Assembly: GCF_964204645.1 (NCBI RefSeq)
Contig: NC_134026.1
Span: 9,385,950 to 9,449,949 of the forward strand
DNA from: Tubulanus polymorphus
Lineage: Eukaryota; Animalia; Nemertea
DNA length: 64,000 bases
Reading direction: 5' to 3'
The position numbers were made by a program, and so were the translations under genes. Shown piece by piece: positions 14,701 to 31,376 of the stretch. Below the pieces are notes generated by a model. That model made no database searches. It saw only the letters and a program-made list of their open reading frames with translations, and was not told the origin of the DNA. Each line of letters begins with the position of its first letter. The first letter of the stretch is position 1.

Positions 14701-15431
14701 TTTACTGAACGAATCTGACAAATATACCCATTAGAACACCATTGTCCACAGTAATTTATTGTGTGATGTCAAAAGGTGGCAGTGGAAAAATACAAAATCT
14801 TTATCTTTTATTTCGTATCTATGCTGATGAATAAGAGGGCAGCGGGAGAAAGAAAATAAATTTTGTTTTCATAACTAGAATTGGAAAAATTTTGCGGCCG
14901 ATCCCCCATAATCCAACTAATAATAAAAAATGGCCTAATACAGTAAACTGCCTTATTCAGTACACCAGTGGGCAACTTGGAAAACTGCTATGTTGGTTAA
15001 TTTTACGAAGGTGTTTTTAACAAGATACATGTAATCAATTTTCACAATATTCCACTTAGTATTTGGTCGGTGAAACATTTATAAACGAAATAACTAAAAT
15101 TGCCTGCTTTATTGTCCACTGGCGCCTTTTAGGCAATATAATAAGAACTCGGATGGTACCCCGGTATGACAAATTCAGCGCAATACAAATCCCGTTCGGA
15201 AGTCCGGCCAGTCAAATTCTTTTCACTGTAACCATTGCAACAAAGAATTAGTCCTGTGAGGATTGTTGTACCGGGGTTCAACTGTATGTCGAGTCACTTG
15301 TCGAAAGGTTAAACTTCACATTTCTATTCACTTCTTATCAATCTAAACAGTTAATACATTTGTTGTTATGCCTGATTTTGCCATCGGGATTAAAACATAT
15401 CGAATAACAAACTCTATTCGCATGATTCTCA

Positions 15432-18400
15432 TTATTCACAATTCACCTCTAATCGATTGTCACTCGGTGCCTCTTTCATTTCGACAATTTTATCAACCTC
15501 GGTGTTATCCAGGTCGGATGGCAATATTTCAATATCACACTTGCCGGACTGGCATTCGGATAAAACGGGTTCAGAGAAAACTTCCTCGTTTTTGTCACCG
15601 GTTATCTTTTCAGTCATATTCAAAAACGACGAAATCAAAACCGACCGGTCAGCGCCGGCATCGCAAAAATCGGGCTCAATCGATTTATCAGTGAAACGAT
15701 ATGAAATCATCGACTGATCACGAACTGTTTCTAGATCTTGCAAAGAAGGGCTTTGGCTCACAGTTTGACCTGATAATGGAGATGAGGTAGGCAATTCCGG
15801 CTCTTCACACGTACTCACAGGATCCGAATTAGAATCATCATCACGCGAATGAGTTAACGCCATCGACGGTACAACTTCCTCAGTTGAGTTCATCACTGTT
15901 TTGATTCCTTCCGACTGAATATCGTTTAAACAAGCATCGAACTTATCCCGACGTGGAGATGAAGAATCGGCGTCGTCGTCGAGTTTACTCGCGGAATTTT
16001 CGCTTTCGCGGAGTTCGAATTCCGGCGAAATGTCGTCGTTGCGCGTCGTCGTCGTTGAAGTATACGATGATGATGAACAGGCCGGCGACGTATAATCCGA
16101 ATTCGAATCGTTTTTCCGACACGAAACGCCGCCGCTGCCACTCTCAATCGCGGCGGCGCTAGTTTCGTAACTCGTAACGGACGACGCGTAACTCGTACTA
16201 GCCGATGAACTCGTACCGGGCGTCGGCGACGAGTTCATCAAATTCAACGCGCTATCGCTATTGGCCTTATCGTCGGCGATGTTCGTCTGTTTTTTCAAAG
16301 TGCCGCTCGACGATTTATGTCCCGACGGGTGTTTTTTGTACCTCTTATTGTTGCTCAAGTTTCGTTCGCCGGTGTCGCGCGCCGTGTTGATAACCTGCAC
16401 GTCGGAATCGGAAATCGAATACGTCGCTGATTTACGACGATGTTTTCTGTGTTTACGACGCGATTTGCTCTTTTTCGACTTGCGCGACTTTTCGCGTATG
16501 ACTTCGACGCTGCTGTTACGCGAGCACGCGCTTCTACTTGACGATCTCTCTTGTCGCGAGCGCCGTCGCCGCGATCGCGACTTTCGTTTCGATGATCTGT
16601 GTTCTGACCGGGAGCGACGTTTACTTCGTCGTCCCGAATGGCTTTTTCGTCGATCGTGGCGCGAACGCTTTCGTTTCGAAGCCTGTTCTGCGGAGGCGCT
16701 TTCGTTGTCCGCGCTACGCTTTTCGCGATGCTTTCTCTTCCTTCGCGACGAACGGTAATTGCTATCTCGCACGACGGTGATATTGTGCTCGGAATCGGAA
16801 CCGGACGAAAGCAAGATCGGAGTCCGATCAGCCCACGGTTTCTCGATTTTGACGACGACGCAATCGCTACTGCCATCCGAATCGACAACGACGTCACCTC
16901 CATCGGCCGGTGTTTCCTGCTTCGGAATTTGTTCCGGCGACGAAGATGAATCGGTATTTACGTCGACCAATGGCGGTGTACATTGATGCGAACGGGTGTC
17001 GTTCGGACTGGTGGGTCTCGGCGGAGAGCTGAATACCGACGTTCCCGGCGTAGGAGAATCCCAGCCCGAATGCGCCGTATCAGTACCTACGAGAAACGAG
17101 CGAACTTGCGACAGCAACGGAGTTACGTCCCAATGCTGCTGGAAAAAGAACGACCGCGACAGCGGTGCTTCTAGATTACGTGTTCCTGCTGTCGCGCGGC
17201 TTCCCTGCTCCTCGGTTACGAACACAACGTCCCCGTCCGAATCGGGAGACGAACCGGTGCGATCTTCAACTTCGTTGTAAACAGCTCGCTGATCGTAGGC
17301 CATCATATCGTACGGCGACCGTGCGAAGTTATAAAACTCGTGAATGAAATGATCGACTCGCGATCCGATCAAGGTCAGTATGTGCTCGCGGAACTCGGGG
17401 CTGCGGATGCTGAACCGTTTTACCAGGTCGATGATCAATTCGAGCACAAACTGAACGTTATCACGGTGATTGTTGAGAAGAACGTTCAATTCACGGTTCA
17501 ACCATGGCACGAGGCGATGCGTACAAGCTGGATTCTGACGGTAAAATTCTGGCGACACATCTCTGAATCTGAAGCGGTAGAAATTAATAACCTTAATGAA
17601 CTAGGTCGGACACACAGAAAGTGGTATGAAATGCTAGGCAATCTGACTATTTCAATATGAATAATATGAACTAGGGATCCAGGGACACTGTGCCCACTTG
17701 GGAAGTGGTTTGAAATGCTCAATGATCTGACATTAACAATTAATATTTAATGCCGCCTGGTGAACATAAAACAGATACCGATAACCTTGAAACTCACCAC
17801 ATTCATAGTACATGTCACGAGCTACAATTTTACAATTGATTGTGGTTGAGAAAAGTACCAATAGAGGCCTAAAATAAAATTACTAAGTTATACTGCTATA
17901 TAGCCTACAATGCACACAATGCATGGTTACCATTTACACAAAAACTTGACCTTGAAACTCTGCACAATCATAGAAAAAGTCATAAGCTACACATTGCAAT
18001 TGATTGCAGTTACAGAGCGTGCATAGGTATCAATATAAATAGGCAAATTGAATAATTCAATATTCAACTGCCCTGGTTGTGAGGAAAAAAAAATGGTTAA
18101 TCGAAATTCCATAAGAATAGGAGATATATCCTACACAGTGCACTACAATTATCTAATATCAAAATCATAAGTTAAAACCTGTTTCCTTTTCCAATAAAAA
18201 ACCATTATCCATGAACGAGGACTGATGATACAAGATGGCCACTGATAGTATGACTATTGACTGAAAACCCCTCGCGATGTGATAAAGATATTTTCCCAAA
18301 GTAGGCCTCACGAATTTCACTGGCAAACCATTAGAACAAGTCTCGGAATTCAGGCCAAAAATGACCTTTCTGGGCACAAAAAGGTCACAGGACGACCATC

Positions 18401-19590
18401 TTGAGTCCGGATGTGTCTGTGTCTAGATGCATGTATAAACCAAATATCATAGACAATCCATTGAATGAGTTCTTCCCCCCAAAACAACTGGATTCTGTCT
18501 ACGGATAGACAGACAAACAGATGAATGGACAATGAACAAAAAGTGAAGGCAAAAGCCTGCTGAGACTTACCGTACAGCTTGCAATTAACTTAACGAAAAT
18601 TGTGCATCGTTTGCGTGTTGAACGCATCGCATTCTCGTTTATTGTTCCAATTGAAACGCATCGTGCACACGATTTGAAAGCATTTTTAACTGACACAACA
18701 ATGTGCGGTACGGCTTTAATTTCTTTTCCAAAACGCCAATCATTTTCCGTTTTAAATGAAACGGAAAATAAACGTTAACGATATTAACTTAATTCTAATA
18801 TACCGTAGATGGTCTAAGTGGGCTAAAAAAGGCCTAACAAATTCTACCGAGTTGCCCTAATGTTAGGCACGCTATCTGGTGGCATGGGATCCTCATTGCA
18901 GAGTTCTGTTTTTCAAATAAAATATTAGAAAAATGCTTACCCGTACCTGCTGTGTTCAGGCGGTTTCACCCGCGTTTCCCTCGCATAGATCATCCGTCGA
19001 AAATCTGAAGTCGCCTCCTGACGACGTCGTCTCCAGCGTAGCCGCGCATTTATCACCGATCCGACGTGTGACGATGACGAGCTGTACGCGTGCTCTTCAT
19101 TATTGCGCGCGGCGACTGACTGATGCGCGATATGAAACGACGCCGTGCGGCGATCGCGTCCGGGTAACATCGTCGTGCGGTACCGGAAACGCACTCCACC
19201 GGGGTTCTCCCACGACGAGGCGCTCGTCGGATCCGGCTGCGGGATGTCGTACTGGTCGAAGTCATCGATCGCGCGGATATTGTGAAATATACTTTTAAAC
19301 GGCTGTTTGCATAACGGACATACCGGTTTTACCTTCGACCATTCGACCAAACATACGAAACAGAATGTATGCAAACAGCTGTCCGTAAATGATTTATTTT
19401 CAAGTTTAGCCAGGCAGATTGAACACTCTGTTGCGGGTGATCCCGGTGATTTTGCCCGAGGTGGAGGATCCGGTTCTGGGGTTTTTGCCTTTTCGTCTTT
19501 CGTCGGCGATATCGTTTTCGTATTTTCACCATTATCCTCTGGCTTATTAGTCACTGTCGACACAGCAATTTCTTCATCATCAGTTGCCAT
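15432..19590 (-). CDS. TOPORS: E3 ubiquitin/SUMO-targeted ligase Topors, 928 aa
   Basis: Exons 19590-18941 and 17568-15432 joined in phase 2. C3HC4 RING CSICLAKLENKSFTDSCLHTFCFVCLVEWSKVKPVCPLC; conserved RDVSPEFYRQNPACTHRLVPWLNREL...HFIHEFYNFARSPYDMMAYD; SIM-like motifs (DVVFV, DCVVV, PILLSSGSDSE, SVEVI); RS/K-rich region. An acceptor at 19621-19622 implies a non-coding first exon upstream. Confidence 0.95.
17670..18830 (-). mobile_element. Older HINE-like B-family copy in the TOPORS intron, with a small nested CCGTAC...GTACGG element (about 18570-18714)
   Basis: Starts ACTAGGGATCCAGGGACACTGTGCCCACTTGGGAAGTGG and ends AAGTGGGCTAAAAAA; internal blocks are shared with the other B copies. Confidence 0.65.
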
Positions 19591-19899
19591 GCCTTATAAC
19601 GATTAACGTAATCTTTGTCGCTAAAACGAAACAGAAAATATCGAAAATAATGGAAACAGATTCAGTCCCTCATCAGGCCTCAAAAGGGATTACCCAACAC
19701 GGGGATTCCCTTATTTAATATTTTTCTCTATTCTGTAAAATTAGCAATGGAAATATATCAAAACTAACATACCACTGTTTGTAAAAGAATCTTTTCTGTC
19801 AAGGTTACATCATCGAGTCTAATATGAATATGTACAACAGGTGAAAATGATGAAATATTCTTCTTATTTAGGAGTCTGGTATCCTACATATAATCATTG

Positions 19900-20420
19900 A
19901 TAAACAAAAATGACGTCACTTTGAGGGCACCTGCTAATCGGGACAGCAGTGCCTACCTCTCACGTCGTTTCAATATGATCCCATGATTTTCCTTTATATT
20001 TTTATTTTGTCTTAATACAATGTCTTATTAATATTCAATCAAATTTAACAAAAACTCTCATAAAGTATCAATAAAACTTTGAATTGAATTTGAGAGAGCT
20101 GCAGCAAAGAAAAAATCGATCTGAAAGTGAAAGGAAACACTACTACGATTAGTTTACTAAAATAAGAGGTCTATGTCATGTTATATTCAAAACTAGGGAG
20201 TTTCGAGTCTTTATGGTATATATTCGGGTTTTTTGGGGTGTAATAACTATAGCACCATAGACAAGCCGCGTTGCATCATTTCGTATTCCAGCCAATCAGA
20301 GACGACGTAAACAAAAATTATGACTCATGCTCGAATGACATTGCTTCCACGTAGAGAATGAGCCGAGCTCGAACGTTCGACGACAACAACACGTCAAACG
20401 GCCAGGAGAGCAGAGCTGTT
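19900..20420. promoter_or_regulatory. Divergent (bidirectional) promoter region of TOPORS and MKNK
   Basis: The genes are head-to-head. Perfect CRE TGACGTCA at 19911-19918, CCAAT near 20292, AP-1 TGACTCA at 20321-20327, CRE half-sites near 20306 and 20391, CpG-rich 20260-20700, and a candidate TOPORS exon-1 donor near 19956. Confidence 0.6.
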
Positions 20421-20608
20421 CGCGTTGTCGACGGATTCGGTGGTGGTTTTGTGTCATTTTGGCCGAAATTACCAGAACGTAAGGAGCGCCCCCGTCACTA
20501 TCATCAAATGTGTCGGGAATTGTGTGCGTAGTTTTAAAAGACTGAGCAGCAGGAAGAACAGTTTTGAGAAGAGAAAGATTGTGAAATCGTTCTGGAGGCA
20601 GTATTGAA

Positions 20609-20698
20609 ATGAGGAATACCGAATATTTATTGCAGCAGTCAACAACGTCAGCGCCTTTCTTTGTCCCGACGACAAAACAGGACCAGACGAAGGACAAG
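20609..20698 (+). CDS. Candidate upstream coding part of MKNK exon 1 (MRNTEYLLQQSTTSAPFFVPTTKQDQTKDK)
   Basis: ATG at 20609, 30 codons, then a phase-0 donor AAG|GTAGAA that joins in frame to the acceptor CAG|ATG at 23610. Confidence 0.45.
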
Positions 20699-23609
20699 GT
20701 AGAAAATTATTATTCATTTTTACTCGTTCAATTATTGCTACGATTTCAACGGTAATTTTTTTAATTTAAATTTTCATTTATTACGAATTCTCGAAGAAAA
20801 AGGAGCTTTTAATCGTAACTAAGATATTTTGCCTCTAGTAGAGATAGGTTTTTTTGCAGGCGAGATGCACGGATTTTTGTTCAGTCTGCTTCTTGTGCTG
20901 TAGGATACAGACAATCAGAATTAAAAGAGTTCCTCTATTTTCAATGTAAAAAAATCAGGGATGGGTACCGTTTAATTAAACTTGCATTGAAATTTATGTT
21001 CAGTTTTGGCTAGAAAGGATTGGTGAAATTTCTTTCAACTATATTACTCGTAAATTTGGCTACAATCTGGATGATAAAACTATAAACATGTCACCCGAGC
21101 ATAAAACTAAACCAGTCTACATGAGGTTACAGTTAGGTTAAATTGAATGTTTCTCTGAATCTGGTGACATGACATGTCATTCTCTGTCTTTGTCATCGTG
21201 CCAAAAAGCCATGTCGCCAACATATGATGCAATTTTCTGTAGTGACTGTACAGCTATAAAGACACTTAAAAATATCACTGGTAACTGGCTAGTGGTATCT
21301 ATAGATGAATTTGAATATTTTAAAGATTTTTATTTGCAACCACTATGTTTTGTTTCACCATCGCTAAACAGTACGTGGCAGATCTGCAGATGGTGGCATG
21401 CACCCTCTACTTCTGGGGCTAACCAGATATTTCAAAAACCTTGTCAATATTATGACATCAATGTCAAGATAGGTTGCTCAATAATTTGACAAAAAATTTG
21501 TCATTAGGCTTAAGAAATGACACCTTGTTTCTCGTAATATTAGCTGGGTCATTTTTGTAAACCAGATAGAATTTGTAATCAGTTCTTTAATGCTTTGAAT
21601 GTAGGCCTACCAGAAAGCATCTAATTTTTCACAATTTTCTGGAGGAGAGGTGATTCATAGCAGTCTGCAGTTAACAGTATAATGCAGTTAGTCTATATTG
21701 AAGTATTGACTTCGATGATAAAACTACCCGGTAGGCCTAGTTCATTATCAACCTTAACCAGTAATTTCAACCAGGAAATATAGGTCTATAGGGCTACTGA
21801 TTCCCGAGGCCGTGGTTTTTAAAATAATCTAAAATAAACAACAGTTGAATAATTCAAAGTTCCGATTATGGAATTAAGCCTATAAAAAATTGATAGGCCT
21901 ACAAGGCCTACCGCGGCAAAACAAAATAGGTATTCATTTAAAACTAGGCTACAAAGCATGATGTTAAATCAAAATCTTTAGGCCTGGACGTATATGATGG
22001 GGATGGAATTTTTCTAGGTGAGAGAACTGTTATGAGTGGTATGAGTACGATATGTTCTATCATCATCGATTGTATCAATTACGATCTCACATCTGCTGAT
22101 TGGTGATATTGGGGTTAATGATACCCATGGGAAGGCTTAATCTGTCAACTGATAGAAAAATAGATGGCACTTAATCAAAATAATATCGTTTATCACTAGT
22201 TTGAAGGAACGTAATATATTGAAACATGTAGGCGAGTACTAGATGAAGTCTGACAATAAGAAGTGACAGTCACAATGTTGTGCCATATTCATCTTCTTTG
22301 CCAACGCAGAAGAGACTATTTTTCAGTTCAGCTAGATCTAAAAACTGCTCTCGATTCTCCCCAAAAGTTTATAATCTTACAGGACAGAAACATTGCCTGA
22401 GCAAAAGAAAGTTTAGGTTTTGGTTTGGTTTTATCAGAACATAATAATAATAATAATCATTGTTAATCATAACATTGTGAATTGTCAATGTTATAACTTC
22501 GGGTTCAATCAGTATATTGTAAATGTTAGGCTTATATGTATCAAAAGAAATGTGTAGGCTTATTAGATAGGTATGCCTAAGCTATACCAGAATTTTTCCA
22601 CTAGTTTTATATTATAGTATAGCCATCAGCTGTTATTCTATAATCTGATATTTCCACAAACTGAATCGAAAGCTTCAAATAACATACCAGGCAGGGCCTA
22701 TTTATAGGCCTGTTGGACATAAGCCTAGAATACGGAATGGATTACATAGGCCTGAATACAGTGTGGTTCTGAATGATCTTAATGGTCAGTTAGAAAACGC
22801 ACTATAATGTGCACTGAAGCGTTTATTTTTGGGTAACCCAATTAGGCCTATTTCTTATTCTTTACAAACACACATCAATGTGATCGCCCTAATTGAATTC
22901 CATTTCACATTACCTTCATTTAAGCCATAAATAGTTGATTTTTCAGAGGTTGCGCAATTTATGAAAAAAGCACTTTGTAGAATTCTTTAACTGTATAATC
23001 CTATTTGAGCTGTAAAAAAAGGTAGTCGGGTCCAAATCTGTATTTCTTGTAGCTAGTTCAAAATTTATACGTTGATCGAGTTGGATTTGTGGAACCTATC
23101 GGGCCTGTACACGTAATTGACATGTACTTTTTTAGTTACAAGCATTGACAGTCATTATTCATGTTTTGGAAAAAGGCAAGGGTAAATTCGATTGTACCTC
23201 ATGATGTATTGTTTTGGCTTGTGACTATCCCATGCTATGTGTGTATAGTGGCATGATGCCAGTATTCAAAGTACATCACAGATAAAGCCCTAACATGTGA
23301 CTAGCTGGCATTTGGCCATGATAACGCGTAACTTTGCAATGAATTGTATTCTATTCGGGTTTTTGATTGCAACCTGTTCAGTTCGGTGTCATGATTTATA
23401 TCTATATATAATTTATGTGTATATCTATATGCGCGCATGCTAGTTTTATGATTCAATAAGGATAGGATAGGATATATCTAGTGAGAGTGTGTTTTAAGAC
23501 GTACTGAAGTTCATAGGTGCTGCCTGAGCGGTGACGCAATGATCGAAAAATGAGTGATGTAATATTAGTTCGCACGCGTTCAGTATGGTACGGTTTGGAA
23601 TCGTTGCAG

Positions 23610-28284
<4,675 letters not shown>

Positions 28285-29299
28285 GAACATTCCAAAGAAG
28301 TATTCCGTGTTTTTTGCGTTTTCGTTCCTGTTTTTCATTGATGTGTTTAGCATTTCATTTGTACGCGACGAGACTCGCGTCTTATCTTGTTTTATTACGT
28401 ATGAATTGTGATACTCGAGCTGCCTACACGAATACCCCGTTAGAGAAATTAGAGTTAGCGTGTGTAATTAAATTAGGCCAGTTACAAAACTAGTTGATTA
28501 GAATATATGTAATCAAAAGTTGCCATGGTTATAAGCGATGTTGATACAAGCCCATGGAGGCAGTAATCTTTTCTGCCAACCATTGAAGAACATGCGTGTG
28601 ATTATCTGTTTGACAACACTTATACTCTATCCGTACTAAAACCCGATCTTAATAGAGCAAATTATTTTTCCGGCAGCTTAGCTCTATATAGATCAATGCT
28701 CAAAGAAATGTAAAACAATATATCCTGTTATTTTTCATAGACATAGACTGAGTTGAAAAAAATGCAGCGTTTTATGCTAACGGTAATTTCTTACCGAGAG
28801 CGGTAGATGCCGAGTGTGAATGTGGCTTATTGTCTTGTGTATAGCATAGCATGATTTCCGCGAAAACTTGCGATATATGATGAAGTGGATCAATGAGTGA
28901 AAGCCATGTATTCGAATGCGTGCGTTATTTAGCGAAGGGTGTTTCATGTACTTCTACTCTAAAACCCGGTTAGATATTTCATGTTTGAAATGTGAGTGCG
29001 TGTTTTCTTCCATTAACATACTGGAAATATGCTCGTCGTGTTTTTCGGTTTGAAGATATTTGACACCGCGTCATTCTGATTATATTAGGGTTGTATATAT
29101 GATTGGTGTACGATTGTTACTTTACCTCAAAATAATCTTTGTCCATAGAATTTCAGGTCTAAAATCTCATTTCGGGTGCGAAAACTGTGTACTTAGGCTA
29201 TTACGATGTATGAGCTAATTGAGATATAAGTTGATTACATTCGTTCGTTCGGTTTGTAGTTTTGAATCATTAAAATGTTTATATTAGATAAATACGTCA

Positions 29300-29597
29300 G
29301 GGGCCGTTCATAAATGATGTCCACCAAAAAAATATTACATTTTCCAACCCCCTCTCCCTTGTCCACTGAAAATCTATTTGACAAAAGTCATCAAAAGTCC
29401 TGATTAAATCAACAAATGAAATATTTCCAACAATATATATCGGCCATAGGGGACAAGAAACATTGCTGATTATTCATGTCATGAATGTATTTGAGTGTAT
29501 TCAACCACCAATGTAGTAGCTGAAGTTATATTGATGTTGAACGTGTTAATCATAGGATATCTCCCTGTTATTGTGGACATCATTTATGAACACTTCC
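29300..29597. mobile_element. MITE (PIF/Harbinger-like termini) in the MKNK 3' region
   Basis: TIR GGGGCCGTTCATAAATGATGTCCAC / GTGGACATCATTTATGAACACTTCC. Confidence 0.65.
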
Positions 29598-31314
29598 AAA
29601 AATCAGGTATTGTTATTGCGCGTGCGTGTGTGTCGTGTGGAATTGCTAAATAAGGTCGTAATGATCGATAAATCTGTTTTTGTTTGTGTGTAGCGAGTGT
29701 ATATTGATATTACCAGGGAACTGTGCAAATCACGAAATTTGTAAATATTATCCACAGCAACAAAAAAAAACCCGTACGAAATGACGTTTTCGTTATTTTG
29801 TATACGTGTACATAAGTGAAGACCTCCTATATAGGACTGTGATGTAAATGCATTTATTTCATTCATCTTCTTAAGAAAAGAATGTGTAGATAAGGAATAG
29901 GAACCGATTCTGTGCGGCTCTTGATGATGTCATCGGCAAAAAATACTTGTGCGATATTTTCATTATTGAAATATCTCTTTACATTTGTCTTCCTATGCAA
30001 ATCATCTCCGTAGTATTAGATAGACCTAGTGAAAATTATATATTTGTGTTTATTTTCAAACTGGTATCTTGTTTGACTGAGAATGAAAAAGGAAAAAACC
30101 GATTCTGTGTACTGTTGAAAGATTTAGACCATTAACTGGGTTGCGGGTGCTTCCATTATTGATTGATAAAGAAATGAAGTTGAATAAACTTGAATCAATC
30201 GTGACCGGTGATTCTGTTCGAGAGAAAGAATCGAAGACAAACAAACCTTAGATCAGGATTAGAATCGGATTCAAACAACCTATGAAATTTGTGTCTGAGT
30301 TAAGTGATAATTTGCCTTTGAAAGGATTTGAGTTGTGTCTACGATATGTACTAGCACTCTAAACTTGCTTCAACTAGTTTTGGTATCGGTCTAGAGTAGA
30401 ATTCGATTATCTTCTAGTAGAGTCTTAACTGCGAACTGGGCCTGGTTTCGTTACAAATTTACGAAATGTCAAGTGCCTACTTGTCGTTCTAAACAATGCT
30501 TGATTGATTTTCTACCTGATAAGTGCAGGGGCATTTTCTGTTTATTGAAAAACGGCCATAAATGCAATGTCATAGATTGAATCTGATTTGATCGGAGTAA
30601 GCCAAAGATATGGAAATGCCACCATCTGTAGAAACGCTACGTTAATGTTTCCTACTGCATAATTTGTAAATAAATAGGGATTCGAGAAAAATAATGAAAA
30701 GGAATCGTTCACGTTCGATCGGACCGATTATTACTTTTGGGCATTTTACGATATGGTTTTATTTCTCTTCTCAGTAAAGAATTCCTTCGAATCAGAATCG
30801 GATTGAAAAAGCGCGTAGGTACCTTCCAAAACTACAGCAAATGCCGTGTAAATACTTTGTACATAAAGATCAGAAGTTTCTTACAGAAGTCACGCGATTG
30901 AATAGCTGTTTGTTTGTATATGTAAAATCCTGCTTAGGTGTTTTATTTACGATTTGATAATTAGAAATACGAACGAGAATACTAATGGCAATACCATTAC
31001 CGGCGTAAAACAAAATTTTATCGAATGTCGTCTCTTGGATCTCCTTATTGCCGGTGCGTTTTTCTTATTTTCTCATGCAGTAAACCAAATATTGCGAGCA
31101 AAATCATTCCAAAATATTTCGAGTTTATCGCGTTAATTACGGTATTTATCTTAACTTATAGGTGCATGAAATTTTTCAGAATTTTCCCGACTTTGCTGTT
31201 CATTGCGATATGAGTTGATTTGAAGTATAATCATCGTGCTCGTCTGTCATTTATGTCTGTCATTACGAAGTGGCAGATCCGTCCAAACGCATTGAGAAAG
31301 ACTGCAATTAAATG

Positions 31315-31317
<3 letters not shown>

Positions 31318-31376
<59 letters not shown>
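31318..31376. repeat. (AT)n microsatellite
   Basis: Directly visible, with one interruption. Confidence 0.95.

Noticed and set aside
15368-17660. Many + strand and alternative-frame ORFs overlapping TOPORS
   Set aside because: These are shadow ORFs caused by GC-rich, repetitive Ser/Arg codons; they show no domains or splice support.
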